A stretch of 64,000 nt of DNA from a bacterium (GCA_963662285.2 CAXXMV010000008.1:960001-1024000); one strand, 5' to 3'. Positions 1 through 9,880 are shown, counted from the stretch's first letter. A program made the numbers and translations. The notes: a model not told the origin generated them from the letters alone.

Positions 1-840
1 TTTGGAGCTGAGTTGGAAAATAACAATGCTGCTGTTTGCCAGTTTATGCCAGCTACAGCTTCATTCACCAAAAAAGGAGTTCCTCACAATAAATACGCCG
101 CCCCTATTCTGTTCGTCGGTTCATATCAAGATACAATCCAGGTCATGAATAACACAACATCTAAAAACCGTGAAGAGATCAATGCAATGATGGAATACCT
201 CATTCAGAATCCGACCAAAACAGGCCGCGATGCAATCACCAGTCTCTGTATAACCGATGAAACCCAAAAGTTATTGCTTAGGAAAGCGCTGCTTTATACC
301 GATTCAATCAAAAACCGACTGAAAGACGATGAACGAAGAATTGATTATTTGCTCTATTCAATATCCAATAGTAAAAAACGCGAACGGGTGGTCCGTCAAT
401 TACTTGATTTAGGACTGGTTCTTTATGGACCGAAATCATGGATAAACCTCACTGGAGAAAAATACGCTTCCCAATACCGGGGGTGGCTCGATTCGGATGA
501 TCTGGCCGACGCTTACGCTTCGGCGGATCTGGTGTTGAATATCCATAGCCTGCAATGTCCAACCTGTTTGAATCCACGGGATTTCGATGTGTTAGCGGCG
601 GGAGGATGTCTGGTATGCGATTGGGTGGACGACCTGGATCAAGGCATCATTACACAGGGAGAAGATTGCTTCACCACCCGGCGGATAGACGATCTACCTG
701 CTTTAGTGAAAAAGTTATTAAATGATCCAGAAAAACGGGAAGAAGTTCGTAGGCGCGGACATCAAACCTACCTCGACCGGCATACCCCGAAACACCGGGC
801 GCAGGAAGTGGTTGATATAATAAAAGCAAAGTTCAAATGA
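1..840 (+). CDS. CgeB-like glycosyltransferase (Glyco_trans_1_2 C-terminal domain), 5' partial
   Basis: Frame is open from base 1. Motifs YASADLVLNIH, NPRDFDVLAAGGCLVCD and RRGHQTYLDRHTPKHRAQ fit the CgeB/GT1_2 family. Confidence 0.75.
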   Translation, partial: FGAELENNNAAVCQFMPATASFTKKGVPHNKYAAPILFVGSYQDTIQVMNNTTSKNREEINAMMEYLIQNPTKTGRDAITSLCITDETQKLLLRKALLYTDSIKNRLKDDERRIDYLLYSISNSKKRERVVRQLLDLGLVLYGPKSWINLTGEKYASQYRGWLDSDDLADAYASADLVLNIHSLQCPTCLNPRDFDVLAAGGCLVCDWVDDLDQGIITQGEDCFTTRRIDDLPALVKKLLNDPEKREEVRRRGHQTYLDRHTPKHRAQEVVDIIKAKFK

Positions 841-871
841 ATTTGACTCAATCTTCACTGACCTCAATACC

Positions 872-1801
872 TCAACCCGGACTTATAATCTGACACGCCA
901 TCCCGGCAAAGATAGACCACACAATGCTTAATGTAACATAGGCGATAGTGGTAGTAGTTCCCACCGTCAATCGAAGAGCAACCAGGGTGGATAGTTTGGT
1001 GGCTGGTCCGGCGATGAAAAAGGCCAGGGCGGCGCCGTTCGACATGCCCATGCTCATCATCACCTGAATCAATGGTATGGTCCCGCCGCCGCAGGCATAG
1101 AGCGGCACGCCCAATAATGCGCCCGCCAAAACTCCATGACCGTACTGTTTCCCCACCGCCGCTTCGATCCAACTTATGGGAATCAGTTCCTTGACTACTG
1201 ATGCGATAACGATGCCCAGCATAACATATTTTAATGCGAACCATCCCAAATGCAGAAACGACTTACGCCATCGGCGGGTGAATGCTTCATCTTGTTTGTG
1301 ATGCATGAAGTCAACCGGATTATCCGGAGATTGCTGTTTTATATAATGGATTAAGTTAGTGGAATAACGTGATGCCAGAAAGCCGCCCAGTACACCGAAA
1401 CCCAACGCCGCAATCACTCTGGCTATAGCGAGCGGAAAACCCAGGGCGCTCCAGGTCATAGCGAAGAGGGATGGATTCATCAGTGGGGTGGAACATAAAA
1501 AGGCGAATACCGGACCGGGCCGCACGCCGCCTAGAATCAACGCCGCAGCTATAGGTATGGCCAGATAAGAGCAGAATGGGGAAACAACGCCAATACAGGC
1601 CATGATAAACACAGCCCAATATCCATCCATAAAACGCCATGAGCGGACTTGCTCCAAGGGACGCCATGCCACCATCCATGATGAAACCGCAATGCCAATC
1701 ACCAATCCGGGAAAGATGGAATAAAAAATAGCGTAACTTTCCCTTATTACCCGGAAGGTATAGGAATCATGGAAAAGATCAAGCCATCCGCTTATTGGCA
1801 T
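872..1801 (-). CDS. DUF318/ArsP-family permease
   Basis: Multi-TM protein with PFCS, STPLMNP, GVPLYACGGG and GAALAFFIAGPAT motifs. Confidence 0.85.
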   Translation of the reverse strand: MPISGWLDLFHDSYTFRVIRESYAIFYSIFPGLVIGIAVSSWMVAWRPLEQVRSWRFMDGYWAVFIMACIGVVSPFCSYLAIPIAAALILGGVRPGPVFAFLCSTPLMNPSLFAMTWSALGFPLAIARVIAALGFGVLGGFLASRYSTNLIHYIKQQSPDNPVDFMHHKQDEAFTRRWRKSFLHLGWFALKYVMLGIVIASVVKELIPISWIEAAVGKQYGHGVLAGALLGVPLYACGGGTIPLIQVMMSMGMSNGAALAFFIAGPATKLSTLVALRLTVGTTTTIAYVTLSIVWSIFAGMACQIISPG

Positions 1802-1821
1802 AATAAAATTATTCTCAACAT

Positions 1822-1853
1822 TTCAAAAAGCCCGTAAAGACGGGCTTTTTGAA
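1822..1853. terminator. Bidirectional intrinsic terminator-like hairpin (part of a dispersed repeat)
   Basis: TTCAAAAAGCCCGT-aaag-ACGGGCTTTTTGAA; near-identical hairpin at about 7064-7098. Confidence 0.7.
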
Positions 1854-1889
1854 GATGAAATATGATAATAAAACAAGATTATGGAGAAC

Positions 1890-1939
1890 TAGAGCGATTC
1901 TCAAAACAACGCACGTCTATGCGGTTTTTAACCGCTCTA
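1890..1939. repeat. Imperfect palindrome with TAGAGCG...CGCTCTA ends (MITE/RIME-like)
   Basis: 7-bp terminal inverted repeat plus inner AAAAC/GTTTT and CGCA/TGCG pairs; partial inverted homolog at 7014-7044. Confidence 0.5.
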
Positions 1940-1941
1940 AT

Positions 1942-3762
1942 CTAATAAGTTTTCCATTGGTGAACGCCCGATTCCTGCCCCACTGCGGAGAATTGCAATC
2001 CCAGAATGCGCGTTCCTTCATAGCGCTGGTAATTTTTCGAAGACCTAAGATCGGTATATGTCGCCTGCCCTGTAGGCAGGTGAGTGGGAAGGATGCGGCA
2101 CAGGTTCATGGCGAAAGGCGCGGTACGATTTCTATCCACCAGTTTAACCAGCAACGGTTGCCGTCCGGCTTTCAAATGTATCTTTTTAGTTGGTCCGCCC
2201 GGCAGTCCGAAATTTTGATAGGAAGAATCATTATGATAAACCTGTTCGCCGTCAATCCAGACCGCGCAGGCCTCATCATGAGCAATCCATAATTCAGCAT
2301 CCTGTTCCTGAGGAACCGTCAGCCAGCAGAAAGCATAGTACACGCCGCTGTTGGCGGCGCCGTAATAGCCTTCAAAATCTATGATATCATCTGAGAAATA
2401 GATGGGTTCCGTCCAACCACTTTGCTGCGGCGTTGCAATCACATCTTTATCAGGTACATCAAAATATTGTCCGTCGATATCAATGCCATCGAATTTATTA
2501 ACCAACCATACGCGGTTGCTAGTTCCGAAATGCCCCCGGTTGCCCGAGTCGCCGCTTTTGGTTCGCTCAAAATAAAAGAGCGACTCTTTAAGCGAGTGCT
2601 CACTCAGCACTTCGATTTTATCTAAATCCATGGTTCCAAAACCTTCACGGGCAGCGGTATGCAGGTGAGATACGTCTTCCGGGTTCAAACCCATCAACAA
2701 AGCGCAGACGCTATCCAAAGCCACCATGTCAGTTCCAGCCAGAACCATATTGCGCCGCACAGATGGAGAATCTTTGGTTTTAGCGCGTTCTTTACAAATC
2801 GTCGCGTCAATCAGGCAGTAATCAGCTGGAGCAATGGAGGCCAAATCAATTATTTCATGTTCCACCGAATTCTGTTCAGGATAATTCTGGTGTAATCCAG
2901 GCGGGTCGCCGGGAGCGGGTCCGCCAATTCCTTTATAAGTACCGTATTTCGCTCCGGCTGCGGTTCCGATATAATTCTTGAGGCAGACAGTGATATTGGT
3001 ATTATGGATTTTCATGACGGGCACATTAATCAAGACATCCGCGTCGAGTATCGCTTCATGAACCCAATAAGAGGGATATTCGGGGAAGTCGATCCATTCA
3101 GGAGTCTGCACCAAACGTATGCCTTCGAGCGGTTCATCTGGCGTTCCGAAGTTGGCGTCAAGCAATACCACATCAACTCCTTTAGCAGCGAGCCGCTGTT
3201 GCATAGCTTTGTAACCTGCTAGCGCCAAACCATCACCGACCGTCGCGCCGCCGGTATTAAATCTGGTATTACGCATAGCGCTGGAGAGCCAACCGCCCGC
3301 CGCTTCAGCAACGGTATAGTTCAAATCGCCGGGACCGTTGTCTTCCATCCACATAATTAATCCTTCAATAATCCGTGGATCGGTATTGACTCCATTTTCT
3401 AATGGCGCCATTTCAACGATATTCGGTTTGATAACCACGTTAGCGCCGGGGAACAAAAGATCATCCAGCCCGCCATGTAGGTCCAGCGCACGATAAGCCA
3501 GTTCTATTATTTGCTCTGAACTTAGTTCCTGATCCAAAGCAACCGGATTATCCATGACGCTATCATCAGAGCGCATCAGCGCAATTTTGGTGGTATAGTC
3601 TGGAGATATACCGTCATTTTTCAGTTGAGAAACGGGGACCGCTTCGACGTGCGATGGAGATTGCAGAGTTGAAGCCAGGTCGAAACCTACGAGAATAAGT
3701 AATCCTATAATTGCTATTACGCGAAGTTTTAAGAATGAACGAATATGTCTTGGCTGAATCAT
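1942..3762 (-). CDS. Secreted DUF362 domain protein with C-terminal beta-sandwich (PA14-like) domain and C-terminal VxxWxxY tag
   Basis: N-terminal hydrophobic signal; DUF362 motifs VVIKPN, TDPR, INVPVMKIH, CLKN, DMVALDSV; C-terminal YAFCWL...DEACAVWIDG...LKAGRQPLLVK; ends SGVHQWKTY. Confidence 0.8.
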   Translation of the reverse strand: MIQPRHIRSFLKLRVIAIIGLLILVGFDLASTLQSPSHVEAVPVSQLKNDGISPDYTTKIALMRSDDSVMDNPVALDQELSSEQIIELAYRALDLHGGLDDLLFPGANVVIKPNIVEMAPLENGVNTDPRIIEGLIMWMEDNGPGDLNYTVAEAAGGWLSSAMRNTRFNTGGATVGDGLALAGYKAMQQRLAAKGVDVVLLDANFGTPDEPLEGIRLVQTPEWIDFPEYPSYWVHEAILDADVLINVPVMKIHNTNITVCLKNYIGTAAGAKYGTYKGIGGPAPGDPPGLHQNYPEQNSVEHEIIDLASIAPADYCLIDATICKERAKTKDSPSVRRNMVLAGTDMVALDSVCALLMGLNPEDVSHLHTAAREGFGTMDLDKIEVLSEHSLKESLFYFERTKSGDSGNRGHFGTSNRVWLVNKFDGIDIDGQYFDVPDKDVIATPQQSGWTEPIYFSDDIIDFEGYYGAANSGVYYAFCWLTVPQEQDAELWIAHDEACAVWIDGEQVYHNDSSYQNFGLPGGPTKKIHLKAGRQPLLVKLVDRNRTAPFAMNLCRILPTHLPTGQATYTDLRSSKNYQRYEGTRILGLQFSAVGQESGVHQWKTY

Positions 3763-3904
3763 GGTGAAATTCCTTGCTATGCTTTTGATTAAAATTTGAG
3801 CTAATCATCAGGCTTCTTTATATTAATACAATATAGCAGAATCATATTATTGTAACTGTAAATATTTATTCTTGAACAGCCATCGATAAAACAATAAATT
3901 AAAA

Positions 3905-5308
3905 CTACTTATAATCCATTCCAGCATTACTATGTTTACATGATTCACACCATGCAAGTAAATGCTGTTTCATCTTCTCAACAATTTTCGGTTTCTTGTG
4001 AGCAATATCATGCTTCTCGCCTGGATCAGCAAGGATGTCATAGAGTTCAAAAGGTATGTTATTGTTGGATCGATAGATTTTGTATTGATTATCGATCAAA
4101 GCTAATTGGTCTCTGGACTGGAATGCGATAGGAGAAGGCCGCTGCCTGGTTTGTCCTTTGAGAAGAGGCTTCAGACTAACTCCATCCAATGGTTCAGGCT
4201 TCCCTTCCCTTTGGTATCCCAGTATATCCAGCACGGTTGGTAAATAGTCGCTGGTCGAACAGGGAGCATCAATAGTTTCTGGACGTTTAATCATTGCAGG
4301 ATACGTCAAAAGCGCTGGAACGCGAATGCCGCCTTCGTATAGGCTGCGTTTTCGTCCACGCAGATATTTGGCTGATCCATTATGATCGTTCTTCGTCTTA
4401 CCTTCCGGGCCATTATCGCTGCAGAACCACATCATGGTATCATCATATGCGTCAAGTGATTTCAATTGATCCCGCAGCCGCCCGACTTGCTCATCCATAG
4501 CTGATATGCAGCCATAGTAATGCTGCGCCGCTTCATTTTGATCTTTATACAATGCGCGATGCTGCAAACCCGCCACTACAGGCAAATGAGGCGCGTGAAA
4601 CCATACCACAGCAAAGAAAGGCTTATCTTGATTCACCGCATTCTCTATAAAAGGGATCACCCGGTCCATGATGATGCGCGAATCATCGCCCTCCAAATTA
4701 TCTTCCACCCGCTGATCAGGCCCCGTCCAATAATAAGTTCCATAGGGATCATTGGTTCCTGGTTTTCGCATTGGATTATATGTCGGAACCTTGGCTTCAG
4801 TGGAAAAACAGACGTCAAAACCATTGCGCCAGGGAGGCGAGAAATGATCTTTGCCCCGTGGGCCGCCTCTGTTGCTTTCATTAATTTTAGTGTTTAGCGT
4901 TCCAAGATGCCATTTACCGAAATGGCCAGTTGTATAACCAAGAGATTGCAACGCTTCAGCCAGGGTGAATTCTTGAGGCTTCATAAAACCAGCGTTGGCG
5001 AAGTATACGCCGTACCGATAGGGATGGCGACCAGTAAGACAACTGCCGCGAGTAGGAGAACAGACCGGCGCTCCGGAATACCAACGTTCAAAGCGGATGC
5101 CTTCGCGACTCATAGCATCTAAATGAGGCGTCTTTAAAATGGGGTGACCATTATAAGCGACATCTCCCCAACCCTGGTCATCGGTCATGCAAAGTATAAT
5201 GTTGGGCTTGCGCTTGAATTCTTTCGCCGCCAGCAACAGTTTGGTATGGTAGAATGAAATAACGCCAAGCCCCAGTATTTGAAGTAGATCGCGACGATTG
5301 ATCATCAT
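3905..5308 (-). CDS. Sulfatase (formylglycine-dependent S1 family), probably Tat-exported
   Basis: PNIILCMTDDQG, CSPTR catalytic motif, GKWHLG, SDNG; N-terminal NRRDLL twin-arginine-like signal. Confidence 0.92.
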   Translation of the reverse strand: MMINRRDLLQILGLGVISFYHTKLLLAAKEFKRKPNIILCMTDDQGWGDVAYNGHPILKTPHLDAMSREGIRFERWYSGAPVCSPTRGSCLTGRHPYRYGVYFANAGFMKPQEFTLAEALQSLGYTTGHFGKWHLGTLNTKINESNRGGPRGKDHFSPPWRNGFDVCFSTEAKVPTYNPMRKPGTNDPYGTYYWTGPDQRVEDNLEGDDSRIIMDRVIPFIENAVNQDKPFFAVVWFHAPHLPVVAGLQHRALYKDQNEAAQHYYGCISAMDEQVGRLRDQLKSLDAYDDTMMWFCSDNGPEGKTKNDHNGSAKYLRGRKRSLYEGGIRVPALLTYPAMIKRPETIDAPCSTSDYLPTVLDILGYQREGKPEPLDGVSLKPLLKGQTRQRPSPIAFQSRDQLALIDNQYKIYRSNNNIPFELYDILADPGEKHDIAHKKPKIVEKMKQHLLAWCESCKHSNAGMDYK

Positions 5309-5535
5309 TAACCTCTCTATACTTTGGTTTTATCTTATCATTTAATCTGGCTCAATTATTACTCATTTTTAAGAAGACTATTATCTATTATAAGCAAAGA
5401 CATTTTTCAATTAATTCCATATTTCCTATTTCACACTATTCTAAGATATACTTAACTCTATAATAAATTATAGATAATTATTATTCGCCTATAAATACAT
5501 AAAACACAATATAATTATACACAACCAGGTGCTTA

Positions 5536-6933
5536 ATGAAAAAATATCATGTATTAATTGCTGATGACGATCCTTCAGTCCATATAATTCTTGATAGAGT
5601 CTGTAAAATTATGGACTGGACAGTAGATCACGCAACGACAGGCGAAGAAGCGCTCAAGTTAATCAGCGAGAAACTCCATCATATCTACATTCTTGATGTT
5701 AAAATGCCCGGGCCAGCCGGAGTTGAACTGGCTAGAATAATTCTTAAAGAGCAAGAAGCGCCAGCAATTTTAATTCTGACTGGATACGCTGAAATCAAAC
5801 AAGCTGTTGAAGCAATGAAAGAAGGAGTTTTCGATTATATACAAAAAGACTCCCTCAGAGTTGCAGAACTACAAAAAATATTAAAACATGCCGCGATGTT
5901 CCACGAAAACCGGTTATGGAGTTTTCAAATCAGAAAAGACCGTGAAAAAACCTTTAACAATATTGATTTAGCGAATAAACAATTCCAAGCTATCCTTGAA
6001 TTAAGCAGCGACCTGATATTCATCTTCAATTCAAAAACCGGAAAAATGATAGATTGCAACGCTTCAGCATGCAGATACCTGGATTATTCTCACAACGAAT
6101 TATTGACTTTTCAAATGAGTGATATCTGCGTAGATTTTTCTCAATCAGAATGGAATGAAATAATTCAACGTGGATTAATAAACAGACAAATAGTGATTGA
6201 GAAATCGTTAAAAACCAAAGATGGCGCAACTGTTCTGGTTGAAATGTCGCTTGCATTCGTATATCTGGACTCAGAAGGATACATCACCGCTATTGCAAGA
6301 GATATTTCTGAACGAAAACGCATGGAACTCAAAAGCCGTGAATATTATGATCAACAACAAAAAACATTAACTCAGACTATAGAAATGATGGCTCTGGCAT
6401 TTGAAAAGCGCGATATCTATACAGCAGGTCATCAGCTTCGAGTCGCGCAATTAGCGGAGAAAATTGGCAGAAAACTAACATTAAGCAATCAGCGTATTGA
6501 AGGACTCTATCTTGGAGGCTTAATTCACGACATAGGAAAAATCAGCATTCCCACCGATATTCTGAATAAACCAGGCAGAATAACCGATGAAGAACTTGAA
6601 CTGATCAAGACGCATTCCCAAATTGGTTATGACATTGTCAAAGAGATCAAGTTCCCATGGCCCATATCAGAAATGATAATTCAACACCATGAAAAATTAG
6701 ATGGAAGCGGATACCCCAACAACCTTTGCGGTGATGATATATTACTTGAAGCCAAGATACTCTGCGTTTCAGACGTAGTAGAAGCGATGGCTTCCCATAG
6801 ACCATATCGGCCTGCGTTAGGCCTCGAAAAAGCCTTGGATGAAATTTCATCTAAAAAATCAACCCTGTATGATCCAGATGTAGTTGAAACTTGCCTGTGC
6901 ATCTTCAGGGATGATGAATTCAAATTCCAGTGA
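5536..6933 (+). CDS. REC-PAS-HD-GYP response regulator (c-di-GMP phosphodiesterase family)
   Basis: Receiver VLIADDD...LDVKMPG; PAS domain; HDIGK and HHEKLDGSGYP motifs; RPYR. Confidence 0.92.
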   Translation: MKKYHVLIADDDPSVHIILDRVCKIMDWTVDHATTGEEALKLISEKLHHIYILDVKMPGPAGVELARIILKEQEAPAILILTGYAEIKQAVEAMKEGVFDYIQKDSLRVAELQKILKHAAMFHENRLWSFQIRKDREKTFNNIDLANKQFQAILELSSDLIFIFNSKTGKMIDCNASACRYLDYSHNELLTFQMSDICVDFSQSEWNEIIQRGLINRQIVIEKSLKTKDGATVLVEMSLAFVYLDSEGYITAIARDISERKRMELKSREYYDQQQKTLTQTIEMMALAFEKRDIYTAGHQLRVAQLAEKIGRKLTLSNQRIEGLYLGGLIHDIGKISIPTDILNKPGRITDEELELIKTHSQIGYDIVKEIKFPWPISEMIIQHHEKLDGSGYPNNLCGDDILLEAKILCVSDVVEAMASHRPYRPALGLEKALDEISSKKSTLYDPDVVETCLCIFRDDEFKFQ

Positions 6934-7061
6934 GAGTAGTTTTCACAATAATGTTCTGATTGGCGATTCGAAAAAGCCATAAAAGATTGGTTTTTCGAAG
7001 ACCAAAGGTGATAATAAACGAACATCATTTTGATAATCGCTCTATCTTCATAAAATTAAAA

Positions 7062-7100
7062 ATCTTCAAAAAAGCCCGTAAAATGGGCTTTTTTGAAGAT
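7062..7100. terminator. Bidirectional terminator-like hairpin between convergent genes
   Basis: ATCTTCAAAAAAGCCCG-taaaa-TGGGCTTTTTTGAAGAT; a second hairpin lies at 6967-6999. Confidence 0.7.
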
Positions 7101-7131
7101 AAAATATACTGTTGAGCAATACTCTTCATCC

Positions 7132-8265
7132 TTAATCGTGGAATAATTGCGGAATAAACTCCGCCAAATATCCTCTCCACACGCTCCACATATGACTGCC
7201 TTCAGTCTCCTTGTAGATATGCTTGATCTTCTTTTCGTTCAACAAGGCGATCATCTTATGATTACCGTCAAGCAAAAAGTCATCCTTGCCAATTGCTATC
7301 CATAGCAGTTTGATGCGTTGGTTAGTTTCCTGAGGATTCTTGCCTAACTCATTGATAACAGCATCAACTCTTCTGGTTGATGAACTGAATCCACCAATCC
7401 AGGCGAATCGATCCAGATTTTTCAAACCAACGCTAAGCGATTGCCCGCCGCCCATTGATAAACCAACAATAGCGCAATTATCTCTACCTTTTTTGATTCG
7501 GTAATTTGATTCAACCAATGGCGTAACGCAATCGATCAGGTCACGCTCGAAACTATCAGGCGAGCTCTGACCACCGGGGGCGTTGACATGGCCGTCAGGC
7601 ATTACAATCAACATGGGGACAGTTTTGCCATCCGCAAGCAGATTATCCATTATGGTATTGGCTCTTCCCATCCACATCCAATGCGAATCATTATCGCCGC
7701 TGCCATGCAACAGATATAAAACGGGATACTCTTTATCCAGATTATTGGAGTATCCCGGAGGAGCATATACATGAATGCGTCTTCTGGCGCCATTGGCGGC
7801 GGAAGATTCATACCAATGCATAGTCACTGTTCCATGTGGAACGTCCCGCCATTCATCATGCCGCGGTTTGCCATCCTGCCGTGGAATTTCAACATAGCCC
7901 CGTGATCCGTTTCTATTTTCAAAAACCGATGGATTAGCTGGATCGGTATTATTAACGCCATCAATATTGAAGGTATAATCATAGATGCCAGCAGGTAAAG
8001 GACCGAGAGTTACCTGCCAGAGGCCTTGATCATCTTTGGTCATTTTCATAGATGATTCATCAACCAGCGACTGGATTTCCCAACAATTTACTTTCACGCT
8101 ATCCGCTTTCGGGGCGCTGATGCGAAAAGAAACCCGTCCATCTTTGTGGACTTCTGGAGATACAATCCTCTTCTCACGTTCTCTCGATTCACTAGTTTGA
8201 ATTCCAGCAATAAGTAACGCCATAACAGATAAGGCAACCGCTATCCTTTTAACATGGTTCATCAT
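7132..8265 (-). CDS. Secreted esterase (CBM48/E-set N-domain + Fes/CE1-like alpha/beta hydrolase)
   Basis: Signal peptide; YPVLYLLHG, GLSMGG nucleophile motif, EGSHMW. Confidence 0.88.
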   Translation of the reverse strand: MMNHVKRIAVALSVMALLIAGIQTSESREREKRIVSPEVHKDGRVSFRISAPKADSVKVNCWEIQSLVDESSMKMTKDDQGLWQVTLGPLPAGIYDYTFNIDGVNNTDPANPSVFENRNGSRGYVEIPRQDGKPRHDEWRDVPHGTVTMHWYESSAANGARRRIHVYAPPGYSNNLDKEYPVLYLLHGSGDNDSHWMWMGRANTIMDNLLADGKTVPMLIVMPDGHVNAPGGQSSPDSFERDLIDCVTPLVESNYRIKKGRDNCAIVGLSMGGGQSLSVGLKNLDRFAWIGGFSSSTRRVDAVINELGKNPQETNQRIKLLWIAIGKDDFLLDGNHKMIALLNEKKIKHIYKETEGSHMWSVWRGYLAEFIPQLFHD

Positions 8266-8487
8266 ATTCTCCTCCTAGGATAATATTATAAAAAAACTTG
8301 TAACTATGCGTTAAAACTAATCATACAATCCATATATTAATAATAAGTCTTTTGATAATTAAGGTTACTGAAGGATTTAAGTTCTCTCCAAGGTATACTA
8401 ATTGACCTGTGGGTTTATGGTGGGTCGATAAGGCTAACCCTACGCTTGAGTGATTATTCTTCTTTGGTGGATTATTTGTCTGAATCT

Positions 8488-8523
8488 GGATGCTCTGGAT
8501 TTATTGGATTTTCAGGATTTTAT
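8488..8523. repeat. 9-bp periodic GGAT repeat (4 units) preceded by TTGTCTGAATC
   Basis: GGAT at 8488, 8497, 8506, 8515 (ggatgctct ggatttatt ggattttca ggattttat). Confidence 0.55.
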
Positions 8524-8688
8524 GTGAATAGATGGATTTGGGTATTGTATTGTTTATTTGCGTGTTTTTTGCAGAGACATCCTTTATGGACAATGTCATT
8601 ATGTTAACCGAGTTATCCCCTTTCTCCATGGAAATTTTTATGCCTAATGGGGTCATTCTATTTTATTTGGCACACCGGCTAGAAGCCG

Positions 8689-8807
8689 ATGCTCCCCGAT
8701 CTATAATGCTCCCCGATCTATAATGTCCCCCGCTATATAATGTCCCCCGCTATATAATGTCCCCCGATCTATAATGCTCTCCGCTCTATGATGTTCCCCA
8801 CTCTATT
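8689..8807. repeat. 17-bp tandem repeat, 7 degenerate copies
   Basis: Units begin at 8689, 8706, 8723, 8740, 8757, 8774, 8791; consensus ATG(CT/TC)CCCCG(AT/CT)(C/A)TATA; no spacers. Confidence 0.9.
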
Positions 8808-9142
8808 CTCTCCTCTCCTGATTTGTGTGCTGAGAGTAGCCCTGAGGGAGAGTACTAGGGTGAGGGGTATATTTCAATAACTTAAGTTAATGACATTACT
8901 GGGTACCAAGGGTAAGACCACAATGTGGTCAGTGATTGGTATTCATGAGTTGATTTTTGGTGAGTCTGGAAAGTTGACAACCCTACGAATAGGTGGATTT
9001 TAATCACCACAAAAGTTCGGAGCACCGAACAAAGAATTAACCAAGCAATATATTGATCAGTATAGATTTACCAGACATTGCTCAACGTTAGTCTCGATAT
9101 AAAATAACATAATTTCCGGAGTAATTTATCTAAATATATTTG

Positions 9143-9185
9143 AAAAAATTGCCAAGTCCGAATATTTTAGGACTTGGCAATTTTT
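9143..9185. terminator. Intrinsic terminator after the YqaA gene (bidirectional-type)
   Basis: AAAAAATTGCCAAGTCC-N10-GGACTTGGCAATTTTT immediately after the minus-strand stop at 9191. Confidence 0.8.
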
Positions 9186-9190
9186 AACGA

Positions 9191-9826
9191 TTAGCTTACG
9201 GATTCTTTTTTGGCTGGCTTCAGAAAACGAAGAGATAAAAAACCAAGAAGAACCAGAACCAGCATTCCAGCCAGAAAGAGATCAAACCTTTTGACCAGGA
9301 ATTGAGCGTGTTCTCCAAAGTAATATAGGATTGTTCCAACCAGGAAGAAGCGGCCTGATCTTCCCACCAGGGATACCAGCATAAAACGCCAGAAATTGAT
9401 GCGGCATAAGCCTCCGCCAATAGTGAATATCTTGTATGGAAGCGGGGTAAAAGCGGCTATGAGGACTGCCCAGAAATCATATTTTTGATAATACGATTCA
9501 ACTATTTCAAATTTTTCATGGCTGAATATTCGTCCTACAAAGCGGTTGGCTATTAACCATTCAACCAGTGGACGGCCTCCGAAATAGCCTATGGCATAAC
9601 CCATTGCTCCTCCTATGACTGAACCACAAGTCAGAATCAGAGCCAAGAATAAAGCTGATGTTGGTTTGGCTATCCCCATTAAAATGAAGGGTATATCCGG
9701 AGGAATAGGAAAGAATGATGATTCGGCGAATGCTATGAACCAAAGAGCGATGAATGCATTCTGGGTAAATTCCTGGTTTTCGGTCAGAACCAAAGCAATG
9801 GTCCAGTTTTTAAGATCAGTTATCAC
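9191..9826 (-). CDS. YqaA/DedA-family (VTT domain) membrane protein
   Basis: FAESSFFPIPPD, FTPLPYKIFTI, GRSGRFF motifs; lies downstream of surE as in many bacteria. Confidence 0.9.
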   Translation of the reverse strand: MITDLKNWTIALVLTENQEFTQNAFIALWFIAFAESSFFPIPPDIPFILMGIAKPTSALFLALILTCGSVIGGAMGYAIGYFGGRPLVEWLIANRFVGRIFSHEKFEIVESYYQKYDFWAVLIAAFTPLPYKIFTIGGGLCRINFWRFMLVSLVGRSGRFFLVGTILYYFGEHAQFLVKRFDLFLAGMLVLVLLGFLSLRFLKPAKKESVS

Positions 9827-9880
9827 AAAAGCCTCCTAGTTTGGTTTACATAATGAACAATAAAGAATCAATCAGGTGAG

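Noticed and set aside
1849-3222. Numerous short antisense/overlapping ORFs in the ORF track (e.g. 1849-2292, 9923-10483, 21362-21838, 60490-60872)
   Set aside because: They are shadows of well-supported genes on the opposite strand or frame, or translations of the PT repeat.
8532-8723. 63-aa ORF in the repeat-rich intergenic region
   Set aside because: It has no recognisable motif and its 3' end is made of the REP relic and minisatellite; probably spurious.
8689-8807. CRISPR array
   Set aside because: The 17-bp units are contiguous with no unique spacers, and no cas genes are in the window.
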